Shown one piece after another: positions 27,655 through 36,511 of a DNA stretch of 64,000 nt (within the stretch, counting starts at the first letter, position 1; each line of letters starts with the position of its first letter). The notes below the pieces were generated by a model. That model saw only the letters and a program-made list of their open reading frames with translations, ran no database searches and was not told the origin of the DNA. Origin of the DNA: Patescibacteria group bacterium (GTDB lineage: Bacteria; Patescibacteriota; Microgenomatia; UBA12405). The position numbers and the translations under genes were made by a program. The stretch lies in contig JBMNON010000002.1 of assembly GCA_050943115.1 (NCBI GenBank), forward strand, positions 27,157 to 91,156. The letters are read 5' to 3'.

Positions 27655-28650
27655 ATGTACGAGAAGGAAAAATGGTTTAGCGAATATTTTAGGAAAAATA
27701 AGATTATCGGAGCAATTATATTTTTGTTGGTGCTGTATTTATCTTATCTTTTGAGAGAAGTTTTTCTTATACTCTTTTTGGCTTATTTAATATCGACTGC
27801 AATTTCACCGGTCATCAACCTTTCTCAAAAAGCCGGTTTATCCCGAACCTTGGCGACCTTGCTATTTATTATCATGCTTCTGACTATTATTTTGCTATTG
27901 ATTATTCCTGTAATTTCGTTAATTACTGATCAAATTTCTACCCTCTTGGCAAATCTTCCGGAATTTATTGAAAGAATCAATGATAATTTGCCAGTGCGGG
28001 TAATCCCAGAAAATTTGTTTAGAAGTGCTTTGGGCAATTTGGAAAATATTAGCGGCGGCATATTCCAAGTAACAGGAACTTTTTTGGAGTTTGTGTTTAA
28101 TCTTTTATTTTTATCTTTTACAACATTTTATATAAGCTCGGACAAGAAGAGAATAAAAAAGATACTGTTTTGGGGACTGAACCAGGATCAAAAGAAAAGA
28201 GCTAATAAAATTGAGGCAAAAGTGGAAGAGAACCTGGGGGCTTGGTTGAGAGGACAACTTATAGTTTCATTGGCGGTGGGATTTTTTACTTGGTTAACAT
28301 ATATCATTATCGGTTTACCTTTCGCATTTGCCCTAGCGATTTTGGCAGCAATTTTGGAAATAATTCCAAATTTGGGGCCGTTATTGGCTTAAACACCCGC
28401 ATTGATTATTGCACTGACAATATCTCCATTGATGTTTGTGTATACTTTGGCAGCATATTTATTGATACAAACATTAGAAGGATACTTGCTAGTACCTAAG
28501 GTAATGGAGAAAGTTGTGGGTTTTCATCCCCTTGTCGTGGTTATCTTAATAGTACTGGGATCCACATTAATCGGGGTGTGGGGGGCTCTTTTGGCAGTAC
28601 CCGTAGGTGTTGTGATTAAAACGTTTTGGACTGAACAAAAAGACTATTAA
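27655..28650 (+). pseudogene. AI-2E family (PerM/TqsA) transporter interrupted by in-frame TAA at 28390-28392
   Basis: WLRGQL, IIPNLGP, Q.LEG..L.PKVM...G.HP, G..GALLAVP motifs span both ORFs in one frame (LLA*TPALII). Confidence 0.8.
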
Positions 28651-28651
28651 G

Positions 28652-28724
28652 TGGGTTGCGTGGGACTCGAACCCACGACCGATCGCTTAAGAGGCGATTG
28701 CTCTACCAACTGAGCTAGCAACCC
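28652..28724 (-). tRNA. tRNA-Lys(CTT)
   Basis: Anticodon arm ATCGC-CTCTTAA-GCGAT, TTCGAGT T-loop. Confidence 0.96.
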
Positions 28725-28734
28725 TTGTGTGGAG

Positions 28735-28806
28735 TACGCCCAGAGGGAGTCGAACCCCCATCACTAGTTCCGAAGACTAGCACTCTATCCATTGAGCTAT
28801 GGGCGC
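28735..28806 (-). tRNA. tRNA-Arg(TCG)
   Basis: Anticodon arm CTAGT-CTTCGGA-ACTAG. Confidence 0.95.
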
Positions 28807-28812
28807 AGCCAG

Positions 28813-28886
28813 TATCCCCGACAGGAATCGAACCTGTGACCTCTTCCTTAGAAGGGAAGCGCTCTATCCGACTGAGCTACGGGGAC
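28813..28886 (-). tRNA. tRNA-Arg(TCT)
   Basis: Anticodon arm CTTCC-CTTCTAA-GGAAG. Confidence 0.96.
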
Positions 28887-28897
28887 GCTCATGTATT

Positions 28898-30301
28898 TTA
28901 CCAGTTTTGTTGGAAAATAGGTCCAATTAACTGATTTTTAATATAATTGACGATTTTTTCCTGGATTTTTGTAGCCGGTCTGTAGATGGCCGGTTTGTTG
29001 GTAATTGCTTTAATCGGTAGAGAATCCACACCATCCCAACCGATATAGGTATTAACCTTATCGGTGTCCGGTGAAATTTTAAATTTAAAGTGAAGTTTGA
29101 TGGTTTGGTTGGGGAAAATAAAATTATTTGGGGTGCAGACGGCATCCAGAGAGACATTCGCTGAAGCTTGGGGCGTTAAACAGAAATTATGTTCTCCCCA
29201 AATCGACTGGCCGGTATTTTTTAAAATGATTTCCCCGCTGTAGTCGGTATCCGTGAAAATCAGAAAAGGAATTTTTATATCAACCATTTCATAAGTTGTA
29301 ATCTGGGGCGGTTTATTTTTGCTTTTCCCTTTGGAAATTATTTTTTCATAAGCAGGATAAAGCTTCTTTTCGGTATCTAGCCAAGAAAAGTTGGCAAAAG
29401 GTGGGTTGGGGTAGTTAAAAATAAAGGGAGTAACAGCCACGACTTGTGATTCCTGGTGCCAAATATCGAAAGCAGTCAAGAGGAAATTGGCAGCTGTATC
29501 GGCAGTGTAATAACGGTTATTTTTTGCAATCCCTTCCCGGTGAGGCCATCCGGTTTCGGTGATAAAAACGGGTAAGTCTTTTTTTACTCCAAGACTTTTT
29601 AGAAAAGAGAGTTCCCACTGAAAGCCTCTAATGCTATACTGCCCGTGGTCATTGGGCGTTCCAATATAACCATGATTGGGATAGGAATGTGAGGCAATTG
29701 CGTCTATGTAATCAAAAAACTCCGGCTTGTAGAGGAATATTTCACGGTAAACGTTGGGAGCAGATTTAAAGGAGGGGGGTTTTTCCGGTGGTGCCAGGTC
29801 GAGGCCGGCGCTTAATATGTAAAAACTGGGATTGAGGCTTTTGAATTTTTGGGACGCATAAATAACTTTTTCTGCATAATCTTTGATATCAACTTTCCCG
29901 CCCCATTCCGCACCATGATTGATTTCATTGAATAGAATGACATGTTGAGTTGCGGTAGGCCAATTTAGGGAATTGAGAAAGTTGGCGTGATTATCGATGT
30001 CATCGAAGGTCGGCCTGGTCCAATTACCATTTTCCATTTTTGTCGCGATTCTAATAATGGGAATTATGTGGTATTTCCGGCAGTTATCAAAAAAATTTTG
30101 CCAAGTGCCACGATTAAGTTCGTCGGAACGGATGACAATAGTAGCCCAACCCCAGTCGCCACCTGACGAATTGATCACATCACGGGCTTGATGGATATCT
30201 TCTGTCTGGGTAAGATGCAATCCAAAAATGTTCCTATCTTCAGATGCTAAAATAGGTTTATTTAAAAGGAAAAATAAAATTAGGGCGATTAATATTGGCA
30301 T
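28898..30301 (-). CDS. Secreted clan GH-A glycoside hydrolase (GH5/GH39-like) with C-terminal Ig-like domain
   Basis: Signal peptide; FNEIN acid/base, SHSYP, ITETGW nucleophile; LKNTG...W Ig-like motif. Confidence 0.8.
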   Translation of the reverse strand: MPILIALILFFLLNKPILASEDRNIFGLHLTQTEDIHQARDVINSSGGDWGWATIVIRSDELNRGTWQNFFDNCRKYHIIPIIRIATKMENGNWTRPTFDDIDNHANFLNSLNWPTATQHVILFNEINHGAEWGGKVDIKDYAEKVIYASQKFKSLNPSFYILSAGLDLAPPEKPPSFKSAPNVYREIFLYKPEFFDYIDAIASHSYPNHGYIGTPNDHGQYSIRGFQWELSFLKSLGVKKDLPVFITETGWPHREGIAKNNRYYTADTAANFLLTAFDIWHQESQVVAVTPFIFNYPNPPFANFSWLDTEKKLYPAYEKIISKGKSKNKPPQITTYEMVDIKIPFLIFTDTDYSGEIILKNTGQSIWGEHNFCLTPQASANVSLDAVCTPNNFIFPNQTIKLHFKFKISPDTDKVNTYIGWDGVDSLPIKAITNKPAIYRPATKIQEKIVNYIKNQLIGPIFQQNW

Positions 30302-30320
30302 TCGCTAATTATTTTAACAA

Positions 30321-31415
30321 ATGAGAAAAGAAGATATCATAAAAATGCAAATTTCACGGGTGGAAAAGGAGATTCGGGATACCCCCTACGACAAATCTTC
30401 TGAGCATCACCATGCGGTTCTAAAAACAAAATTGGCAAAGTTGCAGGAGAGCTTGGATGGACCGTCAAATAAGGGTGGTGGCGGAGGGGTGGGTTATGCT
30501 ATTAAACATTCCGGTGATGCCAGTGTTGTATTGGTCGGTTTGCCTAGTGTTGGTAAGTCGACCCTTTTAAACAAAGTAACCAATGCTGAGTCGAAAGTAG
30601 GAAATTATGATTTCACGACTTTAGGAGTAGTCCCTGGGATGATGGATTATAAAGGAGTCAAAATCCAAATATTGGATTTGCCGGGAATTGTCGAGGGTGC
30701 GTCAGGCAATAAGGGTTTTGGAAAAAAAGTTTTATCGGTAATAAGGGCTGCCGATTTAGTAGTACTTATGGCAGACGTTAAGAGATGGGAGTGGCTTAAT
30801 AAAGTCAAGGAAGAATTAAATAAATCCGGCATAAGACTAAACCAGGAACCGCCCAAAATTCAAATAAACAGAATGGCAAAAGGCGGAATTCAGGTAATAG
30901 ATCCTTTCAGCTCTTTTGGCAAAGAAACTGTAGCGGGTATAGCCAAAGAAATTGGTTTAGGTAATGCTACTGTGCAACTTAACGAGAAGATCGAATCATT
31001 AGATAGATTGGTGGACGGTATGGTCCGAACCAGGAAGTATATGCCAATGCTGGAAGTGGTGACAAAAGTGGATTTGGCCAAAAATAAAGAGTTGGCAAGA
31101 TTATCATCTGATGTGGTTCAAATTAGTGCAGAGAATGGATTGGGGATTAGAGAATTTAAAGAAAGGCTTTGGCAAAAACTGGGTCTGGTCAGGGTATATC
31201 TAAAAAAGGAGAGAAGCGGTGAAGCTGATAGGGTTGAACCTTTGATTATGAAAAGAGGACAGAATTTGGAGGATGCATTAAGAAGAATATCTAACCAAAT
31301 GAGAGATGATGTCAATAAGGTCTGTATTTGGGGCGAGAAAGCCAGATTCCCCGGACAGGAGGTGTCATTTAGTTTCCCCCTTTTTGATGAAATGGAAGTG
31401 TGGTTTGGCAGATAG
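30321..31415 (+). CDS. DRG/Rbg-type OBG-family GTPase with TGS domain
   Basis: N-terminal TPYDKSSEHH...LK.KLAKL, G.PSVGKST, Y.FTTL..VPG, DLPG, TKVD, IWG..A.FPGQ.V. Confidence 0.9.
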   Translation: MRKEDIIKMQISRVEKEIRDTPYDKSSEHHHAVLKTKLAKLQESLDGPSNKGGGGGVGYAIKHSGDASVVLVGLPSVGKSTLLNKVTNAESKVGNYDFTTLGVVPGMMDYKGVKIQILDLPGIVEGASGNKGFGKKVLSVIRAADLVVLMADVKRWEWLNKVKEELNKSGIRLNQEPPKIQINRMAKGGIQVIDPFSSFGKETVAGIAKEIGLGNATVQLNEKIESLDRLVDGMVRTRKYMPMLEVVTKVDLAKNKELARLSSDVVQISAENGLGIREFKERLWQKLGLVRVYLKKERSGEADRVEPLIMKRGQNLEDALRRISNQMRDDVNKVCIWGEKARFPGQEVSFSFPLFDEMEVWFGR

Positions 31416-31652
31416 CTATTTGCCTATTAGAGTAACGCTATCTGTCAATTTAACTTCTTGACCTTTTCGGACCCTGATGGAGATCGTAAGAGGTAAGGGG
31501 TTGAAATCCATTTGGGCTGTTCCGCCATCCTTTTCCGTTCCTTCTATGGTAATAGATCTAAGTTGGGGGTTTTGGGTGAAACCGACAATGGTTTGTTTTT
31601 CGCCATTAGCTGAAAAGAGACGTCCTTTGGCGATTAATTCTACTGGAGACAT
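31416..31652 (-). CDS. Small hypothetical protein
   Basis: Fills gap downstream of mtaB-like gene; start set to ATG 31652. Confidence 0.55.
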   Translation of the reverse strand: MSPVELIAKGRLFSANGEKQTIVGFTQNPQLRSITIEGTEKDGGTAQMDFNPLPLTISIRVRKGQEVKLTDSVTLIGK

Positions 31653-31679
31653 GATTAAGTTAATTAATAAATTCAACAA

Positions 31680-32729
31680 TTATATAAGGCTGGCTCTTAT
31701 TTGTCGACTGCGTTGTTTGAGGACTTGGGGACTAATTTTTGAGTTTTTGATAAAGAGTTTTGCGGCTAGAGTGCCGGGACGGGGAGAATATCGGAAGGTG
31801 TGAATTTTCTTAAACCCTACATGTCGGCAGAGATTAAGCGTTTCTTGGAAGTCAGAGTCGTCTTCTCCGGGGAATCCGACAATAATATCCGTTCCGAATT
31901 CCAAGTTTGGGAGAGTTTTTAGTTGGGAGAATATTCGATCAATTTTTTTTCTGTTATATTTCCGATTCATTAGTTTAAGAATCTTGTCAGAACCGGATTG
32001 CAGGGGTATGTGAAGAAAATTATTAAGACGGGGGTTAAATTCAGGATTTTTGTAAAGGGAGATAAAGTCATCATCGATGGAATTAAGGGGTACGGAACCA
32101 AAAGAGATAAGTTCTATTGAAGTATGTTCCAGTAATTTTTGAATAAGATTTGGGAAGGAGTAATGATATTGATTTAAGTTTATTCCGGTAATTATCAGTT
32201 CTTTGTAACCGTTTGCCACAGCCTTGTTGACGGTGCTTATGGCTTCTTTCGGCGGTAGCGACCAGAGATAGGAGCGTCGTTGAGGAACGATACAGTAGGA
32301 GCAAAAATTGGTACAACCGGATTGGATTTTGAGGATAAAACGACGGCTTTTTGTAAATTTATCTTTTATGTTGGGAGTATAGGAAGATGCCAAATTATTG
32401 AGTAGTTTTTCTTTTGTTTTGTTGTCGAAGTAGATAAAATTACAAAAATTATCGAGTTTTTCCACTTGGGCACACCCGGTTGCGACAATAAAGCTTCGCG
32501 GGTATTGCTTTTTTAGGGATTTTATTTTCCTTATTGATTCATTGGCGCCCTTTTTGGTTATAGAACAGGTATTTACAAAAATTATTCCCGGATTGGTTTT
32601 TGTAGGTATAAAGCCCTGGTTTATAAGGTATTGTGAAAATAAATTGGTTTCGGCGGCGTTAACGCGGCAACCGAAGTTGACCGAAAGGAATGTCTTCTTT
32701 TTTATGGAGGTTAAGTTAAGTTCTTCCAA
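31680..32729 (-). CDS. MiaB/MtaB-family radical SAM tRNA methylthiotransferase (MtaB-like, no TRAM domain)
   Basis: GCRVN, NTC, ATGC UPF0004 cysteines; CTNFCSYC; HIPLQSGSD; DIIVGFPGE; YSPRPGT. Confidence 0.88.
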   Translation of the reverse strand: MEELNLTSIKKKTFLSVNFGCRVNAAETNLFSQYLINQGFIPTKTNPGIIFVNTCSITKKGANESIRKIKSLKKQYPRSFIVATGCAQVEKLDNFCNFIYFDNKTKEKLLNNLASSYTPNIKDKFTKSRRFILKIQSGCTNFCSYCIVPQRRSYLWSLPPKEAISTVNKAVANGYKELIITGINLNQYHYSFPNLIQKLLEHTSIELISFGSVPLNSIDDDFISLYKNPEFNPRLNNFLHIPLQSGSDKILKLMNRKYNRKKIDRIFSQLKTLPNLEFGTDIIVGFPGEDDSDFQETLNLCRHVGFKKIHTFRYSPRPGTLAAKLFIKNSKISPQVLKQRSRQIRASLI

Positions 32730-33813
32730 GCCAATCCCTCTTAACTTTTAGGAAGGTGCCGTCTTTTAATGATTCCCTGACCAGTTTAGTAACGGCTATT
32801 GAAAAAGCGATATTGTGGATAGTCATAAGACGATAACCCAGCAGTTCCTGGGCTTTGAACAGGTGGTGTATGTAAGCCTTGTCAAATTTTTGGCAAGTAG
32901 GGCAAGTGCAGTTAGGGTCAAGCGGAGTTTGATCGTATTTATATTTTGATTTCATGATTTGACTATGAAAATGTCTTTTCATGTCTGCTTTTTGATCTCC
33001 GGTTCGATAAAGGAATTGACCGGCACGAGCCAGACGGGTAGGTAGGGTGCAATCCATTGAAGTTATTCCCTGACCAAAGAAGTCGAAGATATCATCAATC
33101 TCCCCTACCCCAAGAAGATGGATTGGTTTATCGGTTTTACCAATTATCGGTAAGACCCAAGATACGGCATCGCGCATTTTATCTTTGGGTTCGCCAACAG
33201 AAACACCACCGATAGCGATACCATCAAAGTTTTGGGAGGCAATAAAATTAGCCGATTCCTGTCGTAATTCTTTAAAATATGACCCTTGGACAACCCCGTA
33301 CAGTTTAATATCCTGATTGAGTTTTACATTCAGATTTTTATGTTCGTTAAGGGAGCGGATGGCCCAACGATGGGTTCGGTCGAGGGCAGCCTTGGCATAT
33401 TTCTTGGTAGCAGGATAGGGCGTACATTCGTCGAAGGCGATAATAAAATCGGCGGCAAGGTTGTGTTGAATTTGGATGGATTTTTCAGGGGTAAAGAAAT
33501 GCGGGGATCCGTCAAGATGGCTTCTAAATTCGACTCCATCTTCGGTAATTTTAACCAACTTACCAGCACCGTCGTGTTCTTTGCCCAAGGAAAAGACCTG
33601 AAAGCCGCCCGAATCAGTAATTAAAAGCTTGTCCCAACGTGTAAATTCGTGCAAACCGCCCATTTTTTTTACAGCTTTATCACCGGGGCGAAGATAGAGA
33701 TGATAGGTGTTGCAGAAAAAGATTTCGACACCGATTTTTTTAAGTTCTTCGGGGCTAAGTGACTTGACTGTTCCTTGGGTCCCGACGGGCACAAAAGTAG
33801 GTTGTTTGAGCAT
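32716..33813 (-). CDS. tgt: tRNA-guanine transglycosylase
   Basis: NTYHL, TDSGGFQV, DEC, GVVQG, DCTLPTR, C.C..C...H Zn site. Confidence 0.97.
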   Translation of the reverse strand: MLKQPTFVPVGTQGTVKSLSPEELKKIGVEIFFCNTYHLYLRPGDKAVKKMGGLHEFTRWDKLLITDSGGFQVFSLGKEHDGAGKLVKITEDGVEFRSHLDGSPHFFTPEKSIQIQHNLAADFIIAFDECTPYPATKKYAKAALDRTHRWAIRSLNEHKNLNVKLNQDIKLYGVVQGSYFKELRQESANFIASQNFDGIAIGGVSVGEPKDKMRDAVSWVLPIIGKTDKPIHLLGVGEIDDIFDFFGQGITSMDCTLPTRLARAGQFLYRTGDQKADMKRHFHSQIMKSKYKYDQTPLDPNCTCPTCQKFDKAYIHHLFKAQELLGYRLMTIHNIAFSIAVTKLVRESLKDGTFLKVKRDWLGRT

Positions 33814-33869
33814 GGTTCAGATTATATCAAGCTTGGGAATTATTGCTATAATACCTTTGTAATTTAATA

Positions 33870-33954
33870 GCCGTCGTGGTGAAACTGGTATACACGCAAG
33901 ACTTAAAATCTTGTGGCCTCAAAAGCCGTGTGGGTTCGATTCCCGCCGACGGCA
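33870..33954 (+). tRNA. tRNA-Leu(TAA)
   Basis: Anticodon arm CAAGA-CTTAAAA-TCTTG, long variable arm. Confidence 0.96.
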
Positions 33955-33985
33955 CAAAATTTAAAGTTATTTGTTAAATAAGACA

Positions 33986-34219
33986 ATGAAAATAGAGAAG
34001 GCAAGCGTTATCGCTTCAGTTTTTAATGGTACCATCGGGAGGGTTACGGGAAGAAGATTGGAGGTTTTAAGTTATGATACCTACGTTATGGACGGAGGAA
34101 GGAACAATTTGGCTCCGTCAGGTACGATAAATCTGGAAGATATGGTGTTAAGGGGAGAAGCTAAAAGTGCCTGGATACACAGGGGAACACATGGTAAATT
34201 GCTTTTTGTCAGGAAATAA
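33986..34219 (+). CDS. Small hypothetical protein
   Basis: ORF immediately after tRNA-Leu; no recognisable motif. Confidence 0.5.
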   Translation: MKIEKASVIASVFNGTIGRVTGRRLEVLSYDTYVMDGGRNNLAPSGTINLEDMVLRGEAKSAWIHRGTHGKLLFVRK

Positions 34220-34358
34220 GAAGGCCCGGTTTGAGGGAAAGTATTGGTTAAGTTATTAATTTCAAGTTAAGTTTGGTAAAATAAACCGTAGTCATGGGGT
34301 TGGCTAAATAGCCTAAAAAACCTTACTACAGTCTGCCCGATTAATATTTAATTAATAT

Positions 34359-34550
34359 ATGTCTTTGAATAATAGTATGGAGAGAAAAACGGTTACGTTA
34401 GCCGGTTTTACAGTGGGTTGGGAGGCGGTACCCACAAGAAGGTTTGTTAGGACTGTAAGGGCTGAGATAGATACAAACAAAGTGGTGGAGGTGCCGGAAT
34501 TTAGGGATGGAGTAAGTCGCAGACTGATTTTCAGAAGGAACAAAACATAA
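34359..34550 (+). CDS. Small hypothetical protein
   Basis: 63-aa ORF filling the gap before the tRNA cluster. Confidence 0.45.
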   Translation: MSLNNSMERKTVTLAGFTVGWEAVPTRRFVRTVRAEIDTNKVVEVPEFRDGVSRRLIFRRNKT

Positions 34551-34561
34551 GTTGCTAGATA

Positions 34562-34638
34562 CGGGGATTGGCGCAACTGGTTAGCGCGCACGGTTTGGGA
34601 CCGTGAGGTTGCTGGTTCGAATCCAGTATCCCCGACCA
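34562..34638 (+). tRNA. tRNA-Pro(TGG)
   Basis: Anticodon arm CACGG-TTTGGGA-CCGTG, encoded CCA. Confidence 0.96.
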
Positions 34639-34663
34639 ATATCTGATAAAATAGTCCGTAACC

Positions 34664-34734
34664 GCGGGATTAGTTGAGCGGTTCAACGCCACCCTTCCAA
34701 GGTGAAAAGACGGGTTCGACTCCCGTATCCCGCT
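34664..34734 (+). tRNA. tRNA-Gly(TCC)
   Basis: GCGGGAT acceptor, anticodon loop CTTCCAA, U73; C-A mismatch at top of anticodon stem. Confidence 0.92.
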
Positions 34735-34787
34735 CAAGAAGCGATATTTTTAATTTTCCAAGAGTTTTGAGATAATATGTAGCATCC

Positions 34788-34871
34788 GCCATGGTGTTGG
34801 AATTGGTAGACAAGCGTCGCTCAGAACGGCGTGGCCGTAAGGCCGTGTGGGTTCAAATCCCACCCGTGGCA
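34788..34871 (+). tRNA. tRNA-Leu(CAG)
   Basis: Anticodon arm CGTCG-CTCAGAA-CGGCG, long variable arm. Confidence 0.95.
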
Positions 34872-34926
34872 CAGGTGAAATATTCAGATTTTCTAATCTG
34901 AATATTTTGCTATAATAGAGGCACTT

Positions 34927-34999
34927 GCCGAAGTAGCCAAGGTGGTCACGGCACTGGTCTGAAAAACCTGGGATGTTGGTTCAACTCCAACCTTCGGCA
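34927..34999 (+). tRNA. tRNA-Phe(GAA)
   Basis: Anticodon loop CTGAAAA; acceptor GCCGAAG/CTTCGGC; T-T mismatch in anticodon stem. Confidence 0.9.
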
Positions 35000-35018
35000 C
35001 CTTAAGCACTTTTAAAAC

Positions 35019-35092
35019 GCGAGAGTAGTTCAGTTGGCTAGAATGTCTCCTTGCCAAGGAGAAGGTCGCGGGTTCGAGTCCCGTCTCTCGCT
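35019..35092 (+). tRNA. tRNA-Gly(GCC)
   Basis: Anticodon arm TCTCC-TTGCCAA-GGAGA. Confidence 0.96.
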
Positions 35093-35120
35093 CAAAAGAT
35101 CTTTCTTGGACCTTGACAGA

Positions 35121-35194
35121 GGGTCTGTAGCTCAGTTGGTTAGAGCGCTCGGTTTACATCCGAAAGGTCATAGGTTCAAGTCCTATCAGACCCA
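35121..35194 (+). tRNA. tRNA-Val(TAC)
   Basis: Anticodon loop TTTACAT; acceptor GGGTCTG/CAGACCC. Confidence 0.95.
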
Positions 35195-35198
35195 CAAT

Positions 35199-35280
35199 GC
35201 CGATGTGGTGAAATTGGTATACACGTACGCTTGAGGTGCGTATGCCGCGAGGCGTGGAGGTTCAAGTCCTCTCATCGGCA
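35199..35280 (+). tRNA. tRNA-Leu(GAG)
   Basis: Anticodon arm TACGC-TTGAGGT-GCGTA, long variable arm. Confidence 0.95.
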
Positions 35281-35296
35281 CAATCCCCTATTCTTA

Positions 35297-35367
35297 TGCC
35301 CTGTCGTCTAATGGTAGGACAGCAGCCTTTGGAGCTGTTTATCGTGGTTCGAATCCATGCGGGGCAA
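35297..35367 (+). tRNA. tRNA-Gln(TTG)
   Basis: U1-A72 pair, anticodon arm GCAGC-CTTTGGA-GCTGT. Confidence 0.95.
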
Positions 35368-35395
35368 CAGCGAAAATGATACAATTAGTTTATAT

Positions 35396-36406
35396 ATGAG
35401 AGAGTTTGATAGGATTAAGAGATTTGCTAAGTCGGTTGATTTTTTTTCTGATAGGGATACTGTTGAGCGGGTGGTTGACAGTATTAGTGAGAAGATGGGC
35501 GTTCCGGTAAGAAGACTGGTTGAGGGGAAGGAGGAATTGGCGAGGTATGTAGTGGAAGGATCAAGCTTAAGCCGGGAGTTAGTATTGAAAAATTCTGCGT
35601 TAGAACAAGCAATATTTAGTTTTTTGTTCGGGTACAATAGGCTTCTGGTAATCGGCGGTGATCCGGGAAATGGGAAAAGTCTGCTAGCTACTGATATAAG
35701 GAGATTCAGCCAGGTGTTTAGGGCGATTGATGAAAACTTAGAATTTCCGCTAGCATTTATTCCTTTTGACAAGGTGAGGGAAACATTTTTTTTAAGATTA
35801 TCAGAGCGGCTTGGTTATAAAGTCCCCTTGCCTAAAGGGACTTCACCTGATTGGATGATGGAGACTGTAGAAAGAGTTATGGCATCAACAACCTTTTTTG
35901 TATTGGATAATTACCCTAAATCAAGAGTGATAGTGGAGGCACCTTTATTTTCCAGTAGAGGAGAAAATATTATTTATGAAGCTGAGGGAAGAGATTATGG
36001 GATTCAAACTATAATTGTTCACAGTCCGGAAATGTATCTTGAAATAATCAATCGGGGTAGCCGTGATGTTGACACTTCAGGCCAGCCGGAAGCGATGGTG
36101 CAATTAAGGATGAGGAGATTAAAATCAATAACCGGAGATGCTAATTTTGATTTTGATACAGAAAACAAAATATTGAGAGGCCAGTGGGAAACGATGCTTA
36201 GGGGCAGAAAAAGTTTGATTATAGAATGGAGTCCAAACGAACTCAGGGAACCGTTTGAGGAGACAAGAAAAGAATTTATCACCCAAAATCAACGTCCGGA
36301 CCTATTAACACCTCTTCCTTTGGGACCATATATTAAATCACAATTTGATTTGATTTTTGATTTGTTTGGCGATAAAAGCTTATTGAAGCTAGTAAGCAGA
36401 CCATAA
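35396..36406 (+). CDS. Hypothetical P-loop NTPase/kinase-like protein
   Basis: Walker A LLVIGGDPGNGKS; possible Walker B VIVE; start moved to ATG 35396 because ATG 35357 lies inside tRNA-Gln. Confidence 0.65.
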   Translation: MREFDRIKRFAKSVDFFSDRDTVERVVDSISEKMGVPVRRLVEGKEELARYVVEGSSLSRELVLKNSALEQAIFSFLFGYNRLLVIGGDPGNGKSLLATDIRRFSQVFRAIDENLEFPLAFIPFDKVRETFFLRLSERLGYKVPLPKGTSPDWMMETVERVMASTTFFVLDNYPKSRVIVEAPLFSSRGENIIYEAEGRDYGIQTIIVHSPEMYLEIINRGSRDVDTSGQPEAMVQLRMRRLKSITGDANFDFDTENKILRGQWETMLRGRKSLIIEWSPNELREPFEETRKEFITQNQRPDLLTPLPLGPYIKSQFDLIFDLFGDKSLLKLVSRP

Positions 36407-36511
36407 AAGTCCTTTTGCAAACAGACAGATTGAGGCTTGGTGTGGGGAATTATTACTATTCTTACACCTTTTTGTAATTAAAATCTTACAAATAGTTGCC
36501 AAAATAATAAT

